A stretch of 64,000 nucleotides of DNA, from sequence record MN850584.1; one strand, given 5' to 3'. The translations under genes and the position numbers were made by a program. Positions 25,724-35,380 of the stretch are shown here, one piece after another (positions within the stretch are counted from its first letter, which is position 1; each line of letters starts with the position of its first letter). A model generated the notes under the pieces. That model was not told the origin of the DNA. It made no database searches and saw nothing but the letters and a program-made list of their open reading frames with translations. This stretch comes from Escherichia phage arall.

Positions 25724-28303
25724 TCAGTGACAACTGGCCCATGAGTTACCAACATCGTAACCAGCAGTGAGAGGTACATTAAGATTGTAATACTCACCAG
25801 CTTTATTAACAGCGATAGATGCTAATTCTCCAGCACGACTGTAGGCTGTAAACCAACCACCTTTCGGAGATTCATGTACGTTAGCCCAAATCTTGCCAGT
25901 ACGTTTCTCTTCCTCTTCTTTCCAGGCATTAACTTTATCCAAACATTCTTTATCAATTTTCTTTTGTTCTTCTGGATCATCAACTTGAGTCCAACCTAAA
26001 GATTCTTTAGAGAACCATTTAAAATGCACCAGATCACGAGTTACTTCAAGCTGTGCTTCATCGTGATATGCAATCATTTGTTGAACGAATGACTTATTTT
26101 TCCAGTCATCAACAAAAAAGTCAACAGCTAATCCTTCTTCTTCGATAAGATCGTCGTAGATAACCATTGCTCTTTTTGCACAAATAACACCACCACTCTG
26201 GAACAGAGAGTTAAGTATTGCGTGTGCAGATCGTGTAGGTACTTTCCTACCATCAATACCCAGAATGTATTTCTTACCTGTTTTAACCCAGAAATCATGC
26301 AGACGTTCTTTAAGAAGTGCAAGAGGTTTTGCAGCTTCCCAGAAAGCATCGTATACAAGCTGTCCTGTATACATATCACTACCAATAGTTTTTGCTACTT
26401 TTGCAGCTTGAGCACCATAAGTAATGCCATACTTAACAGATTTAGCAGGGCTTCGTTCAAACTTGCGACCAATAGTGTCAGAAATACGTCGAGCCATCAT
26501 TGTATGAACATCATTAGGTTTTTCCAACAATAGAGCATTACAATATTCGTGTGGTTCCTGCTCGTACCGCCAACAGTAGTGTGATTCTATTTTTGCCTCA
26601 AGAGAATCAAAGTCATAACCAATTTGGAAGTATTTTGGAACTTCTACACCAAATAAGTTACGCATTTCATATCCGTACAGAGATGTTACACGTGGGATAT
26701 TTGCTACTAACCTATGTTTCATACGAGACGTAGCTGCATCACACGTTGCAGCAGGAGTTGGTATACGACCATCAGCCCTTACTGCCGCCAGATAACCTTT
26801 ATCGTAATCCTCTTCATCTTCTTCCCAATCAGCACCACCACCTAGAATAGAGTTTCTACGATGTTTATACGTAAGATACTGCACAATCTGCGTAGCATAA
26901 GGAAACTTTTCACCCAGTGCTTCCAGGTTAGGACAAATATCTTTCTCTTGCCCTTTTGTAAAGGAAGGGTTAGTAAGCACTTTAACACCACGACCTTTAG
27001 CTTTAGCAATACGATCTCTTAGTTTCCATTCCAAAGTTTCTGGTGTGCACTCCAGATGATCACATCTATCCTGGCAGAAGTTAGATGCTAATGTTTGATC
27101 AACATAGTCACGAATAGCTTTCTCCATTTGTGCTTCATCTTTCTTAATCTTAGTGCCAGATTTAAGAGTGATATCTTTATCTTTATATTCAGATGGACTC
27201 CAACCTAAACCAACTAACCAATTTTTAATATGTGTAGTGTCGTCTAAAGTAGCAGGTACTGTAGGATCACAAATAGGTTCTTCTGCTGGAATAGGGAGTT
27301 TAAACTCTTTACCTAATGCAAATAACCACCAACCATCTTCTTTTTGTACAAGTTCACCAGAATGTTTCTCTGCAAACTTTATCATGTTACTTGAAGGTTC
27401 ACCATTCTTTTTAAACTGTAGTTTAGGTGGAATGAATGATTTCAAATAACCTTTAGTAGCAGGTTTAGGAGGTAGCACAGGTTCTGCCTCTAAACGACAT
27501 GCTTCCATTCGAGCATCCAGATCACGAATATTATCTTCTGCTTGTTTCATATTGAAAGCAAAGCCACGGTGTTCTTGACGTGTAATAATATCAGCTACAC
27601 GTTGTTCTAAGTTAAATGGTTCAGACCACTTATTATAATCACCCCACTCTTCCATCAAATAACGGAACACTGCGGTGTTAGCTTTGTTATCGTAAATACA
27701 GTAATACAGCATATCTGCTGCAAATGTTCTAAATCTTTCAGCTTCAGGAATGTTTTTTCTAAAATCAATTTTAACATCCCCTCCAGCTTTCTTAGATAAC
27801 TCTGCCAGACTATGACCACCGAAGCGATCAGGGTTTAGTGTCTTACTTAAGATCATAGTATCACAAATTTCAATGTTACTATTACCCCAAGTATTGTACT
27901 TGATACTGTAGTTGAGTTTAAAAAATAATTTAATTGCCAGTAAGTCGAAGTTAATGATGTTGTGTCCAACTACTTTGGTAATTTTATAGTTTGAATTACC
28001 TTTAAATTTACCTGTTCCATTTACAAAATCAGGAAAATCTTTAAGAGGGAAATGGGTATATTCTAAATGCTCATATTCCTCCAGTCGGTATTCATACTTT
28101 CCGTCAGTCTCAATATACGGACGACCATCGAAAAGATATTTATCACCATCATGGAAAGCAATAATCTCTCCAGTATCATGACTTTCGCACACAATACAGT
28201 GCATTGCAAAACTATCTTTTAAACGATATGGACTTGCCAAGTAATCTACACTTTCGTCATTAAGCAAGTTGTTACTTTCAATGTCGAAAGTAAAAGCTCC
28301 CAT
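25724..28303 (-). CDS. DNA polymerase, family A, with 3'-5' exonuclease domain
   Basis: 859 aa; Exo I FDIESNN near N-terminus; motif B-like RSPAKSVKYGITYGA; motif C YHDEAQLEV. Confidence 0.8.
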   Translation of the reverse strand: MGAFTFDIESNNLLNDESVDYLASPYRLKDSFAMHCIVCESHDTGEIIAFHDGDKYLFDGRPYIETDGKYEYRLEEYEHLEYTHFPLKDFPDFVNGTGKFKGNSNYKITKVVGHNIINFDLLAIKLFFKLNYSIKYNTWGNSNIEICDTMILSKTLNPDRFGGHSLAELSKKAGGDVKIDFRKNIPEAERFRTFAADMLYYCIYDNKANTAVFRYLMEEWGDYNKWSEPFNLEQRVADIITRQEHRGFAFNMKQAEDNIRDLDARMEACRLEAEPVLPPKPATKGYLKSFIPPKLQFKKNGEPSSNMIKFAEKHSGELVQKEDGWWLFALGKEFKLPIPAEEPICDPTVPATLDDTTHIKNWLVGLGWSPSEYKDKDITLKSGTKIKKDEAQMEKAIRDYVDQTLASNFCQDRCDHLECTPETLEWKLRDRIAKAKGRGVKVLTNPSFTKGQEKDICPNLEALGEKFPYATQIVQYLTYKHRRNSILGGGADWEEDEEDYDKGYLAAVRADGRIPTPAATCDAATSRMKHRLVANIPRVTSLYGYEMRNLFGVEVPKYFQIGYDFDSLEAKIESHYCWRYEQEPHEYCNALLLEKPNDVHTMMARRISDTIGRKFERSPAKSVKYGITYGAQAAKVAKTIGSDMYTGQLVYDAFWEAAKPLALLKERLHDFWVKTGKKYILGIDGRKVPTRSAHAILNSLFQSGGVICAKRAMVIYDDLIEEEGLAVDFFVDDWKNKSFVQQMIAYHDEAQLEVTRDLVHFKWFSKESLGWTQVDDPEEQKKIDKECLDKVNAWKEEEEKRTGKIWANVHESPKGGWFTAYSRAGELASIAVNKAGEYYNLNVPLTAGYDVGNSWASCH

Positions 28304-28361
28304 TCTCCCTCCTTAAAATATTTCTAAAGTCTTAATTTGTTAATACTGTACCATAAATTAA

Positions 28362-28390
28362 TTGTTTTGTAAAGGGGCTTTCGCCCCTTC
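28362..28390 (-). terminator. rho-independent terminator
   Basis: AAGGGGC-GAAA-GCCCCTT hairpin on - strand between 28394 gene and polymerase start. Confidence 0.5.
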
Positions 28391-28393
28391 TTG

Positions 28394-28789
28394 TTATTTA
28401 TTGTCAGCACTTAATTGTACTTTAATAAGGCAATTAGGGACACCATTGGTATTTCTCAAGCCTACACGTTCAATTTTAACAGTGCCTGTCAAACCATTAA
28501 AAGTGGAAACAATGTTATTAATGTTTTCATCCTTACTAGTGATATCAAGAATAACTTTATCACTAACATTTTTCAACATACGATCTACAAGCTCTCCCAC
28601 AAAACCACTGGTAGTTTGAATGAGAAGGTATAGACAACCATCCTCAAACCACAAATGTTCACCATAAGCATAACCGTATGGTTTTAATTCTGATCCGTCT
28701 TGAAATTTAAACTTAGCAATAGTTTTCGTATAATCATACGCTAAAGCAGAAGGGCATACCCCATAGAGGATATTTTCGTTGTCTTTCAT
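28394..28789 (-). CDS. hypothetical protein
   Basis: 132 aa; start moved to internal ATG at 28789 (MKDNENILYG) which has AGGAGAG RBS; the longer ORF would overlap the primase-helicase. Confidence 0.45.
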   Translation of the reverse strand: MKDNENILYGVCPSALAYDYTKTIAKFKFQDGSELKPYGYAYGEHLWFEDGCLYLLIQTTSGFVGELVDRMLKNVSDKVILDITSKDENINNIVSTFNGLTGTVKIERVGLRNTNGVPNCLIKVQLSADNK

Positions 28790-28799
28790 ATTTCTCTCC

Positions 28800-30572
28800 T
28801 TAATAAGAACCATCAGGAATATTCTCTGGGTTACTTGTGTATTGATCGTAATCGTGAAGTGTCGCTGTTTTAATCTCATAGAAGAAACTACCTGCTGCAC
28901 CAGTCTCTGAGAACTCACGGTTCTTTAGAATGTAGCAATATGTGCGGTTACGTTCCATAGGATCTTCAGCTTGTTTATCACGCTCCAGCGCAATTGTGAT
29001 ACCAGCACCTTTAGCAAGGAAGCTACTACCCATTGCATCATCTTCTACAATATGTTCATTACTATTGTTAGAAGACTTTTTAACGTGTGAAATTACAACA
29101 ATGGTAATTGCATACTCTTTCATAATGCGTTTCAGCCACGTCGCAAGTTCCTCTTGTTGTGACACGTCCATACCAGAAAGCAAATCAGAATAAGGGTCGA
29201 TAACAAGAATGGTTACTCCGAAATAAATAATCATTTCCAGAACCTTCTCTTTAATCACATCTACGTTAGCTCCACGATCATCACAAACATAGAAACGTGG
29301 TGTTCCATCTTCTCGTTCGTAAAAATCACGAATCTTTTCTTCATTATCTTTTAAAATCTTTTCCTTCTCTTCTTTTGTTTTACGGTGAAGAGGGATGTGC
29401 AAGAATGAAGACAGTAAGTTACGAGAATACTTCTTATACGTTGCCTCCAAAGATAAAATACCAAGAGTATGTTCTGGGTGTGCAAGAATAATGTGCTTCG
29501 TAATCTCGTTAACCAACAGTGTCTTACCAATACTTGTTTTTGCAAGTATAACAGTAATTTCTTCTTCTACCAAGCCTCCACCTAACATATTAGAAGCAAC
29601 ACGCATGAATGGAGGAAGGGTGATCATTTTAGCTTCCAGGCATTCCAAGGCTGCTTCATACAGTACGTTAGAAGCATAAACACCAGCAGGTGTGTACAGT
29701 TTAGCTTTGAAAAAGCGATCAAGAAAGTGATCAATTTTTCCTTCTACTAATGCCTGGTTAGGATCTTTAACATCAGTTAGTTCCATCACGTAAACTTTAT
29801 TACGTGGTAAGATTTTAACACATTTCTCAACTGCTGCACGTCCAGCTTCATCATTATCCATACATAGAACAATCTTTTTAAATTGATCTAAGAATTTATA
29901 ACGATGTTGAAGCTGCTTATGCAGAGATGTTTCGCCACAAGTACCAGATACTACAGCAGGAACAGGATATTTACCACCCTTGTTATAATCTTTTAGCATC
30001 TGTGTTGCAGCCAGCATATCGTGTTCACCACCAACGATTAGAATAGTACCGCTGTGGTTACGATATTTAAACTCCCCAAAAAGATCACAATCCTTTCCTG
30101 TTTCACCGATAGGATGTGAGAAATCTTTTGGATCGATACGTTGTTTATACCCAGCAATATTGTAATCTTTAGTTGTAGGGTATAGTGTTGAAATTACTTC
30201 GCCAGTAGCTTCATCGTACATATAACGTACACCGAAAGGCTTAGAGATATCTTCACGAATACCGCGATAACCTTTTGGATTAGTTCCAGTGCTGGCTTTT
30301 AGTTTATCATGTACTTCAGGATTAAACTCACTACCCAAGATATCCTCCTCTTCAATTTCTTCGCCGTGTGCATTTAACCATTTTTGATCAGGGATAGTAA
30401 AGCCACAAGAAAAACAATGTGCTCCTCGATGGTCTTCATCGGCATCTAAGCCATATACCATCAAATTGTTTTGTGATCGATCACGCCCTCCTTTCATACA
30501 ACGAGGACACCCAGTATGTCCTTCTTGACTTAGATCAATGTTATACCCATATTTATTTACAACATAAGACAC
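28800..30572 (-). CDS. bifunctional DNA primase-helicase (T7 gp4-like)
   Basis: 590 aa; Zn ribbon CPRC…CFSC; TOPRIM acidic motifs (GGEHD, MDNDEAG); DnaB-type Walker A AKTSIGKT and Walker B VLVIDPYSD. Confidence 0.8.
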   Translation of the reverse strand: MSYVVNKYGYNIDLSQEGHTGCPRCMKGGRDRSQNNLMVYGLDADEDHRGAHCFSCGFTIPDQKWLNAHGEEIEEEDILGSEFNPEVHDKLKASTGTNPKGYRGIREDISKPFGVRYMYDEATGEVISTLYPTTKDYNIAGYKQRIDPKDFSHPIGETGKDCDLFGEFKYRNHSGTILIVGGEHDMLAATQMLKDYNKGGKYPVPAVVSGTCGETSLHKQLQHRYKFLDQFKKIVLCMDNDEAGRAAVEKCVKILPRNKVYVMELTDVKDPNQALVEGKIDHFLDRFFKAKLYTPAGVYASNVLYEAALECLEAKMITLPPFMRVASNMLGGGLVEEEITVILAKTSIGKTLLVNEITKHIILAHPEHTLGILSLEATYKKYSRNLLSSFLHIPLHRKTKEEKEKILKDNEEKIRDFYEREDGTPRFYVCDDRGANVDVIKEKVLEMIIYFGVTILVIDPYSDLLSGMDVSQQEELATWLKRIMKEYAITIVVISHVKKSSNNSNEHIVEDDAMGSSFLAKGAGITIALERDKQAEDPMERNRTYCYILKNREFSETGAAGSFFYEIKTATLHDYDQYTSNPENIPDGSY

Positions 30573-30584
30573 ATGATTCTCCTA

Positions 30585-30854
30585 CTAAAATGATTCGTTT
30601 GTCTCCATAATATATTGCATTTCCAAATCTTCCATATGTTTCTTAAATTGGTAAACAATTTCCGATGGGGAAATATCTATATCAAAAAGTTCTTTTGTAC
30701 CAGAATAAAATCTAATACCATCAACAATAAGACCACCATAATAATCCCAATCACTTTCTCGTGAGAAAGGGTTAGGTTCTTCATAATAGTAATCTACTTC
30801 AACAATAATAGGTTCTTTATTATCTTGTTTATACTCAAAATCAAAAGTGTTCAT
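30585..30854 (-). CDS. hypothetical protein
   Basis: 89 aa acidic ORF; ATGA overlap with downstream gene. Confidence 0.4.
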   Translation of the reverse strand: MNTFDFEYKQDNKEPIIVEVDYYYEEPNPFSRESDWDYYGGLIVDGIRFYSGTKELFDIDISPSEIVYQFKKHMEDLEMQYIMETNESF

Positions 30855-31798
30855 TATAAATCCTCGATAAGCAGTTTGCGGGTTTCATTTAAATCATCAA
30901 TATTGTAGTTATCTCTTACATACTTAGCAAGAGCTAATCCTTTCTCAATACAAACATCAGGAGATTCGATTAAGTATTCTACAATATCTTTCCACTCTTT
31001 AACTGAATCAGCAAAGAAGATTAGATCTTTAAATTCTTCAGTATAGTAGTTCTCTCGTGGCGAACAAACGAGTGGCAAACCTTTAGCACCAGCTTCAAGA
31101 ATTTTTAAATTACTTTTGGCATTATTAAAATGATTATTTACTAATGGAGCTATGGAGATTTGATGACCATCGTATGCTTCCATATAACACTCATAAGGAC
31201 GAATACCTTCATAAACACAATCTGGTTGAATATCTTCTTTAATTTGCAACCATTGAGCACTACTTAACTCTTCGTGATCTCTACGAAATCCACATAAAGT
31301 TAAATCTTTACCAAAATCAGGAAGAATTGCTAAATCATGTTTATGGGTTTCACTTCCCGCCCAAACCAGTGGACTTTTAGAATAACGATCTTTAGTAAGA
31401 ACAAACTGTCCTTCATCAAAAGGTAGTCCGTTAGGCACAATATGTACATTATCATTGTATTGGCTTAATTCAACCTTTAACGCCGGAGTTGTTGTAGTTA
31501 CAAGATCGCTTCTTTCAAGGAACCATTTTAGATCATCTCGGATTTGATTTTCAAATAATCCTTCAAGCATATGCCCTTCAGGAATAATTAAAGAATCATC
31601 CAGATCCATTACCAATTTAAACCCAAGTTGTTTAAGAGCCAGGAAACCTGGCTTTCCACGTGTTGGTACTCCATTGAACACAAAAATATTATGCTTAGGA
31701 TTAATGGTCAGTTTGCGTTTATATGGCAAAATGATTCTATGAAAATCACATACACTATACTTTTCATTTCCGCGTGTGTCAAGAATAATATTAGGCAT
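30854..31798 (-). CDS. glycosyltransferase-like protein (GT-B-like), paralog A
   Basis: 314 aa; C-terminal ISIAPLVNNHFNNAKSNLKILEAGAKGLPLVCSP; paralogous to 31810-32784. Confidence 0.4.
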   Translation of the reverse strand: MPNIILDTRGNEKYSVCDFHRIILPYKRKLTINPKHNIFVFNGVPTRGKPGFLALKQLGFKLVMDLDDSLIIPEGHMLEGLFENQIRDDLKWFLERSDLVTTTTPALKVELSQYNDNVHIVPNGLPFDEGQFVLTKDRYSKSPLVWAGSETHKHDLAILPDFGKDLTLCGFRRDHEELSSAQWLQIKEDIQPDCVYEGIRPYECYMEAYDGHQISIAPLVNNHFNNAKSNLKILEAGAKGLPLVCSPRENYYTEEFKDLIFFADSVKEWKDIVEYLIESPDVCIEKGLALAKYVRDNYNIDDLNETRKLLIEDL

Positions 31799-31809
31799 AT
31801 ATCTCCTTG

Positions 31810-32784
31810 TTAAAGACTTTCAATAACTTGACGACGCAGTTCATTGGCATCTGCAAGATTATAATTAAGACGAACGTGTTCTGCAAGCATCATACCACGA
31901 TCTTCTGTGTATCTAGGGTTCCTCATTAGCTTGACAACTTCATAATGCCAAGATGCTTTAGAGTCTGCATAGATAACAACCTTTGCATCTACCGGATTGA
32001 AGTACGGCAGCACAGGAGAACAGATAATAGGAAGACCCTTTGCACCTGCTTCCAAAATCTTCAAATTGCTTTTACAGTTGTTGAAGTCATTATCTACTAG
32101 GGGAGCAATTGCAATACTGTGACCGTCATACACAGACATATACTCACCTAAATTTTTAATAGCTGGTTTATACTGTGCATTTGGAATTTTACGTTTTATT
32201 TTAACCCACTCCGCAGTAGTTAGATACTGACTATTATTTCCAACAGGTGCAGAAGGATACACTTCATACCCTGCAATTGTCAATAGTGTATCATCAAATG
32301 TATTAGCTACAAGAGATAAATCAGGCTCATGGCTTGCTCCTCCAGCCCAGATAATAGGTGTGTCAGAACTACGGTCTTTTGTCAAAGTAAATTGACCTTC
32401 GTCGTAAGGTAGTGCGTTTCTAATAACGACAACATTACGATTTAAATGACGAATTTTGTAAGCTAGGTATTCTGTTGTTACAGTAACCACATCTGCTAAC
32501 TTAATCATCTCTACAATAGTCTTTGAGTGATTAGTAAATACGCCAGCCATATAATGTTCAGGATTAAGCGAATAAAAATCATCTAAATCAACAATAATCT
32601 TAACACCTTGTGCCTTCAGGCGTTTAACTTCGTCTGATCCACGAGAATACACTCTATTAAAAACTAAAACGTCTTTCTTAGGTTTAAACGTATTTCCAGC
32701 AAATGGCATTACAATACGATGGTAATCACAACCACTGCCTAACTTATTATCACACTTAAGTACAGGAGTATTAGGATTTACCAT
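31810..32784 (-). CDS. glycosyltransferase-like protein (GT-B-like), paralog B
   Basis: 324 aa from internal ATG (MVNPNTPVLK) with GAGGAGG RBS; IAIAPLVDNDFNNCKSNLKILEAGAKGLPIICSP aligns with paralog A. Confidence 0.4.
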   Translation of the reverse strand: MVNPNTPVLKCDNKLGSGCDYHRIVMPFAGNTFKPKKDVLVFNRVYSRGSDEVKRLKAQGVKIIVDLDDFYSLNPEHYMAGVFTNHSKTIVEMIKLADVVTVTTEYLAYKIRHLNRNVVVIRNALPYDEGQFTLTKDRSSDTPIIWAGGASHEPDLSLVANTFDDTLLTIAGYEVYPSAPVGNNSQYLTTAEWVKIKRKIPNAQYKPAIKNLGEYMSVYDGHSIAIAPLVDNDFNNCKSNLKILEAGAKGLPIICSPVLPYFNPVDAKVVIYADSKASWHYEVVKLMRNPRYTEDRGMMLAEHVRLNYNLADANELRRQVIESL

Positions 32785-33457
32785 ATTTTTGAGCCTCCTC
32801 ATAAGAGATAAAAGTTTTACCATTGCGAAGATCCTCCAGTGATTGTTTATATTGTTCCCAGTTTACACCAATCCCCTGTTCTTTCTCTTCTTTTGACAGA
32901 TTCGCAAAAGGTAAAGGATTATCTCCAAACACATCGTCAGGATGGATAAACGCCATAATTCGAATAGGACATGGTACACCGAGAATGCCTCGGTTCAAAC
33001 CTGCCAGTGGAACGCGCTGAATCCACTCTGCATCTTCATATCCATAACCGTGGGTGTATGAGCGGAAATAGCCAGCTTTCTCAATAACTGCACGGGAATA
33101 CATACCAAACTGGCACATACCTAGTTCCCAAATAACCACCTCCCCTTCAATACCTTTTACTTTATCTTTAAAGTATTCAGGCATACCAAAGAAATCCCAA
33201 CCATTTTCCTTTGCCTGTTTTACAAAATATGTTTCCCACCCTGGAACAACAGGATAGCAATCATCATCAAAAATAAACCAGTAGTCATACCCTTCATCAT
33301 AAAACTTTTTCATCAGTTCATTACGGGCATATGCAACACCTTTTCGTTCACGATCATACTGTACAACAAAAGTAGCATTAGGATCAGTCACAAGATAATC
33401 TTTAAGAGGACGCTTACCTACAGTAATAACACCAACACCAATTTTTGTATTTTCCAA
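32771..33457 (-). CDS. glycosyltransferase, GT-A fold (DxD type)
   Basis: 228 aa; WFIFDDDCYP (DxD) and YGYEDAEW acidic motif. Confidence 0.45.
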   Translation of the reverse strand: MENTKIGVGVITVGKRPLKDYLVTDPNATFVVQYDRERKGVAYARNELMKKFYDEGYDYWFIFDDDCYPVVPGWETYFVKQAKENGWDFFGMPEYFKDKVKGIEGEVVIWELGMCQFGMYSRAVIEKAGYFRSYTHGYGYEDAEWIQRVPLAGLNRGILGVPCPIRIMAFIHPDDVFGDNPLPFANLSKEEKEQGIGVNWEQYKQSLEDLRNGKTFISYEEAQKYGKS

Positions 33458-33466
33458 AATAACTCC

Positions 33467-34030
33467 TTAAATAATTTTATTCATGTCTTGACAATGTAAA
33501 AGGTGTGAAACAGCTTTTCTAGGATCATCATTACCTAAACGGTAGGTGTGAAATAAATATAACCCACGTAATAAACCTAGCCTTTTGTTGTTAGCATGTA
33601 ATGCTTTAGAGAAAATTATATCAAACTGTATTGATCTTTCCTCAAAAGGAATTTCATTCCACAGACTCTTACGAAAGAGAAGAAAGAATCCTGCTAAGAT
33701 AGCATCTGTAGGTACTTCCTCTATTGAGTTTCCCCATTCTAGATGTGCTCTTTTTGCAATCTCAATGTGGTGTAATATATTCGGATCTTCACTTCTTTCA
33801 TTATTAAATAATTGATATGTTGATCCCAATCTGTTACAAGATGCACCAAGAACATCAAAATCAGGATTTGAACGGACAATTGATTCCAGCCAAGCAGGTT
33901 GTTCTGGAAGAAGAAACATTGTATCAATGTCTCTTAGGCAAATCCAACTATCTTCTGGTAAGACACTTATTGTGTCATTGATACCTTTTCCAATATCTCC
34001 AGAAAGATAGGGAGTTATGTGAAATATCAT
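33467..34030 (-). CDS. hypothetical protein, possible nucleotide-sugar transferase-like
   Basis: 187 aa; ICLRDIDTMF acidic motif; GGAGGGAG RBS; adjacent to three glycosyltransferase-like genes. Confidence 0.3.
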   Translation of the reverse strand: MIFHITPYLSGDIGKGINDTISVLPEDSWICLRDIDTMFLLPEQPAWLESIVRSNPDFDVLGASCNRLGSTYQLFNNERSEDPNILHHIEIAKRAHLEWGNSIEEVPTDAILAGFFLLFRKSLWNEIPFEERSIQFDIIFSKALHANNKRLGLLRGLYLFHTYRLGNDDPRKAVSHLLHCQDMNKII

Positions 34031-34087
34031 ACTCCCTCCGTATTATTACTTTAGCATTTTTAGACTAAAAAGTCCAAATGGTTTTAC

Positions 34088-34282
34088 CTATTGATTACGT
34101 TTTGCGAGTTCCATTTGGATAGCTAAACTGTGATCTCGTGCTTCCATATACTCTTTATATGTTTCATTAAGATGATCACGACAAACATCACGCAGTTTAA
34201 TCAGTTTATCTGTAGGGATACCACTAAGATCATCCCAAGATTTTACAACTTCACCAGTATCATTGATCCCAATGGTTTTCAT
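34088..34282 (-). CDS. hypothetical protein
   Basis: 64 aa ORF; overlaps the start region of neighbour. Confidence 0.35.
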   Translation of the reverse strand: MKTIGINDTGEVVKSWDDLSGIPTDKLIKLRDVCRDHLNETYKEYMEARDHSLAIQMELAKRNQ

Positions 34283-34490
34283 CTACAACCTCCTTAATTG
34301 CTACAGCACAGTTTTTGCAGATACACTGCCCTTTACCTTTAGAAATCTGGATGTAAGGTTCATTTTCATTTTCGCCCTTACGTGAGTCATATATTACAGT
34401 ATTGAAGCACACAACGCAAATATTTTTTAAGATTGTATACTTATCAACTTTCTTTTTTGTTTTAAAGTTAACTTCAATAACATCAGCCAT
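34260..34490 (-). CDS. small Cys-rich protein (possible zinc ribbon)
   Basis: 76 aa from ATG at 34490 (TGATG overlap with upstream stop); CVVC…CICKNC. Confidence 0.4.
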   Translation of the reverse strand: MADVIEVNFKTKKKVDKYTILKNICVVCFNTVIYDSRKGENENEPYIQISKGKGQCICKNCAVAIKEVVDENHWDQ

Positions 34491-34768
34491 CAGTGTAACA
34501 CTCCCAGTATGTTGTTTTGTGACATAACCATAGAACATTCAACATTATCGTGACTACGTGAAAAACGTTCCCAAACATCTTCATCGACTCGTAAAGCTAT
34601 ACAAGGATAGACGTTATCATTGATCATTTCAATTGAATAAACATCCACATTGTCTTCGTCTTCGATGAACATCATTGCAAACTGTTCTAAATGTTTCCTA
34701 ATGTAATGTACATCCTCTTCTGTAAGACCAATAACAAGATAACTTGCAACGATAACGCCATCTTTCAT
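34490..34768 (-). CDS. hypothetical protein
   Basis: 92 aa ORF, AAGGAGATATAG upstream. Confidence 0.4.
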   Translation of the reverse strand: MKDGVIVASYLVIGLTEEDVHYIRKHLEQFAMMFIEDEDNVDVYSIEMINDNVYPCIALRVDEDVWERFSRSHDNVECSMVMSQNNILGVLH

Positions 34769-34778
34769 CTATATCTCC

Positions 34779-35288
34779 TTAGCGATAGAATTGATGTTCT
34801 TTGTAGCGGTACACTAGAACCATATCTTTTTCCCAGTGTGCTCTTATTGTAGATTTTTTAAAGTATAATGCTCCTTTTGTAATATCTAATGCAATTCGTA
34901 ATTCTGGAAAATGGTTATCGAGATAAAGTAGACGTTCTGCTATAGCTTTAGCGTCTTTCCACTTATCGTGTTCCATAACGTTGAATGTCTTTGTGTAAGA
35001 GAATTGTCCTTTCTGAAACAAAACTTCTTTTATAGTATCAGGGAAATATGAATCTTTAGCCCTATTCAATACTACATTACCAACAGCAGACATACCGCGC
35101 TTTCCTTGATTACGACTTTCTGCATAGATTGCACAAGCTAATAGATTTTCTTTACTATCACGCTTTGTACACTTGTGAACTACTTTAGCAGTTTTTACGT
35201 TTGCAGCTTCGGCTTGCGCCACAACAGGTGTAAATGTAAAAGCAGTTAAGGATAGTAACGCAATTGCGACAAAGGTTTTTATTGACAA
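34779..35288 (-). CDS. secreted cell-wall hydrolase, SleB/Hydrolase_2-like (endolysin candidate)
   Basis: 169 aa; N-terminal Sec signal peptide (MSIKTFVAIALLSLTAFTFTPVVAQA/EA); CAIYAESRNQGKRGMSAVGNVVLNRAKD matches the SleB-type catalytic region; AGGAGG RBS. Confidence 0.55.
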   Translation of the reverse strand: MSIKTFVAIALLSLTAFTFTPVVAQAEAANVKTAKVVHKCTKRDSKENLLACAIYAESRNQGKRGMSAVGNVVLNRAKDSYFPDTIKEVLFQKGQFSYTKTFNVMEHDKWKDAKAIAERLLYLDNHFPELRIALDITKGALYFKKSTIRAHWEKDMVLVYRYKEHQFYR

Positions 35289-35380
35289 ACTTGCCTCCTA
35301 TTTTGTTAAACGAACTTTTATTGTAACACAGAAGAGGCTATTTTGCAAGTGGAGGGGGACTATCCCCCTCTTACACTCTG

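Noticed and set aside
25724-28303. Possible intron or intein in the DNA polymerase gene
   Set aside because: Exonuclease and polymerase motifs lie in one uninterrupted 859-codon frame with no intein splice-junction signatures; the nearby endonuclease gene is free-standing.
28790-28918. N-terminal 43 codons of ORF 28394-28918
   Set aside because: The extension would overlap the primase-helicase 3' end by over 100 nt; an internal ATG at 28789 has a proper RBS and abuts the upstream stop.
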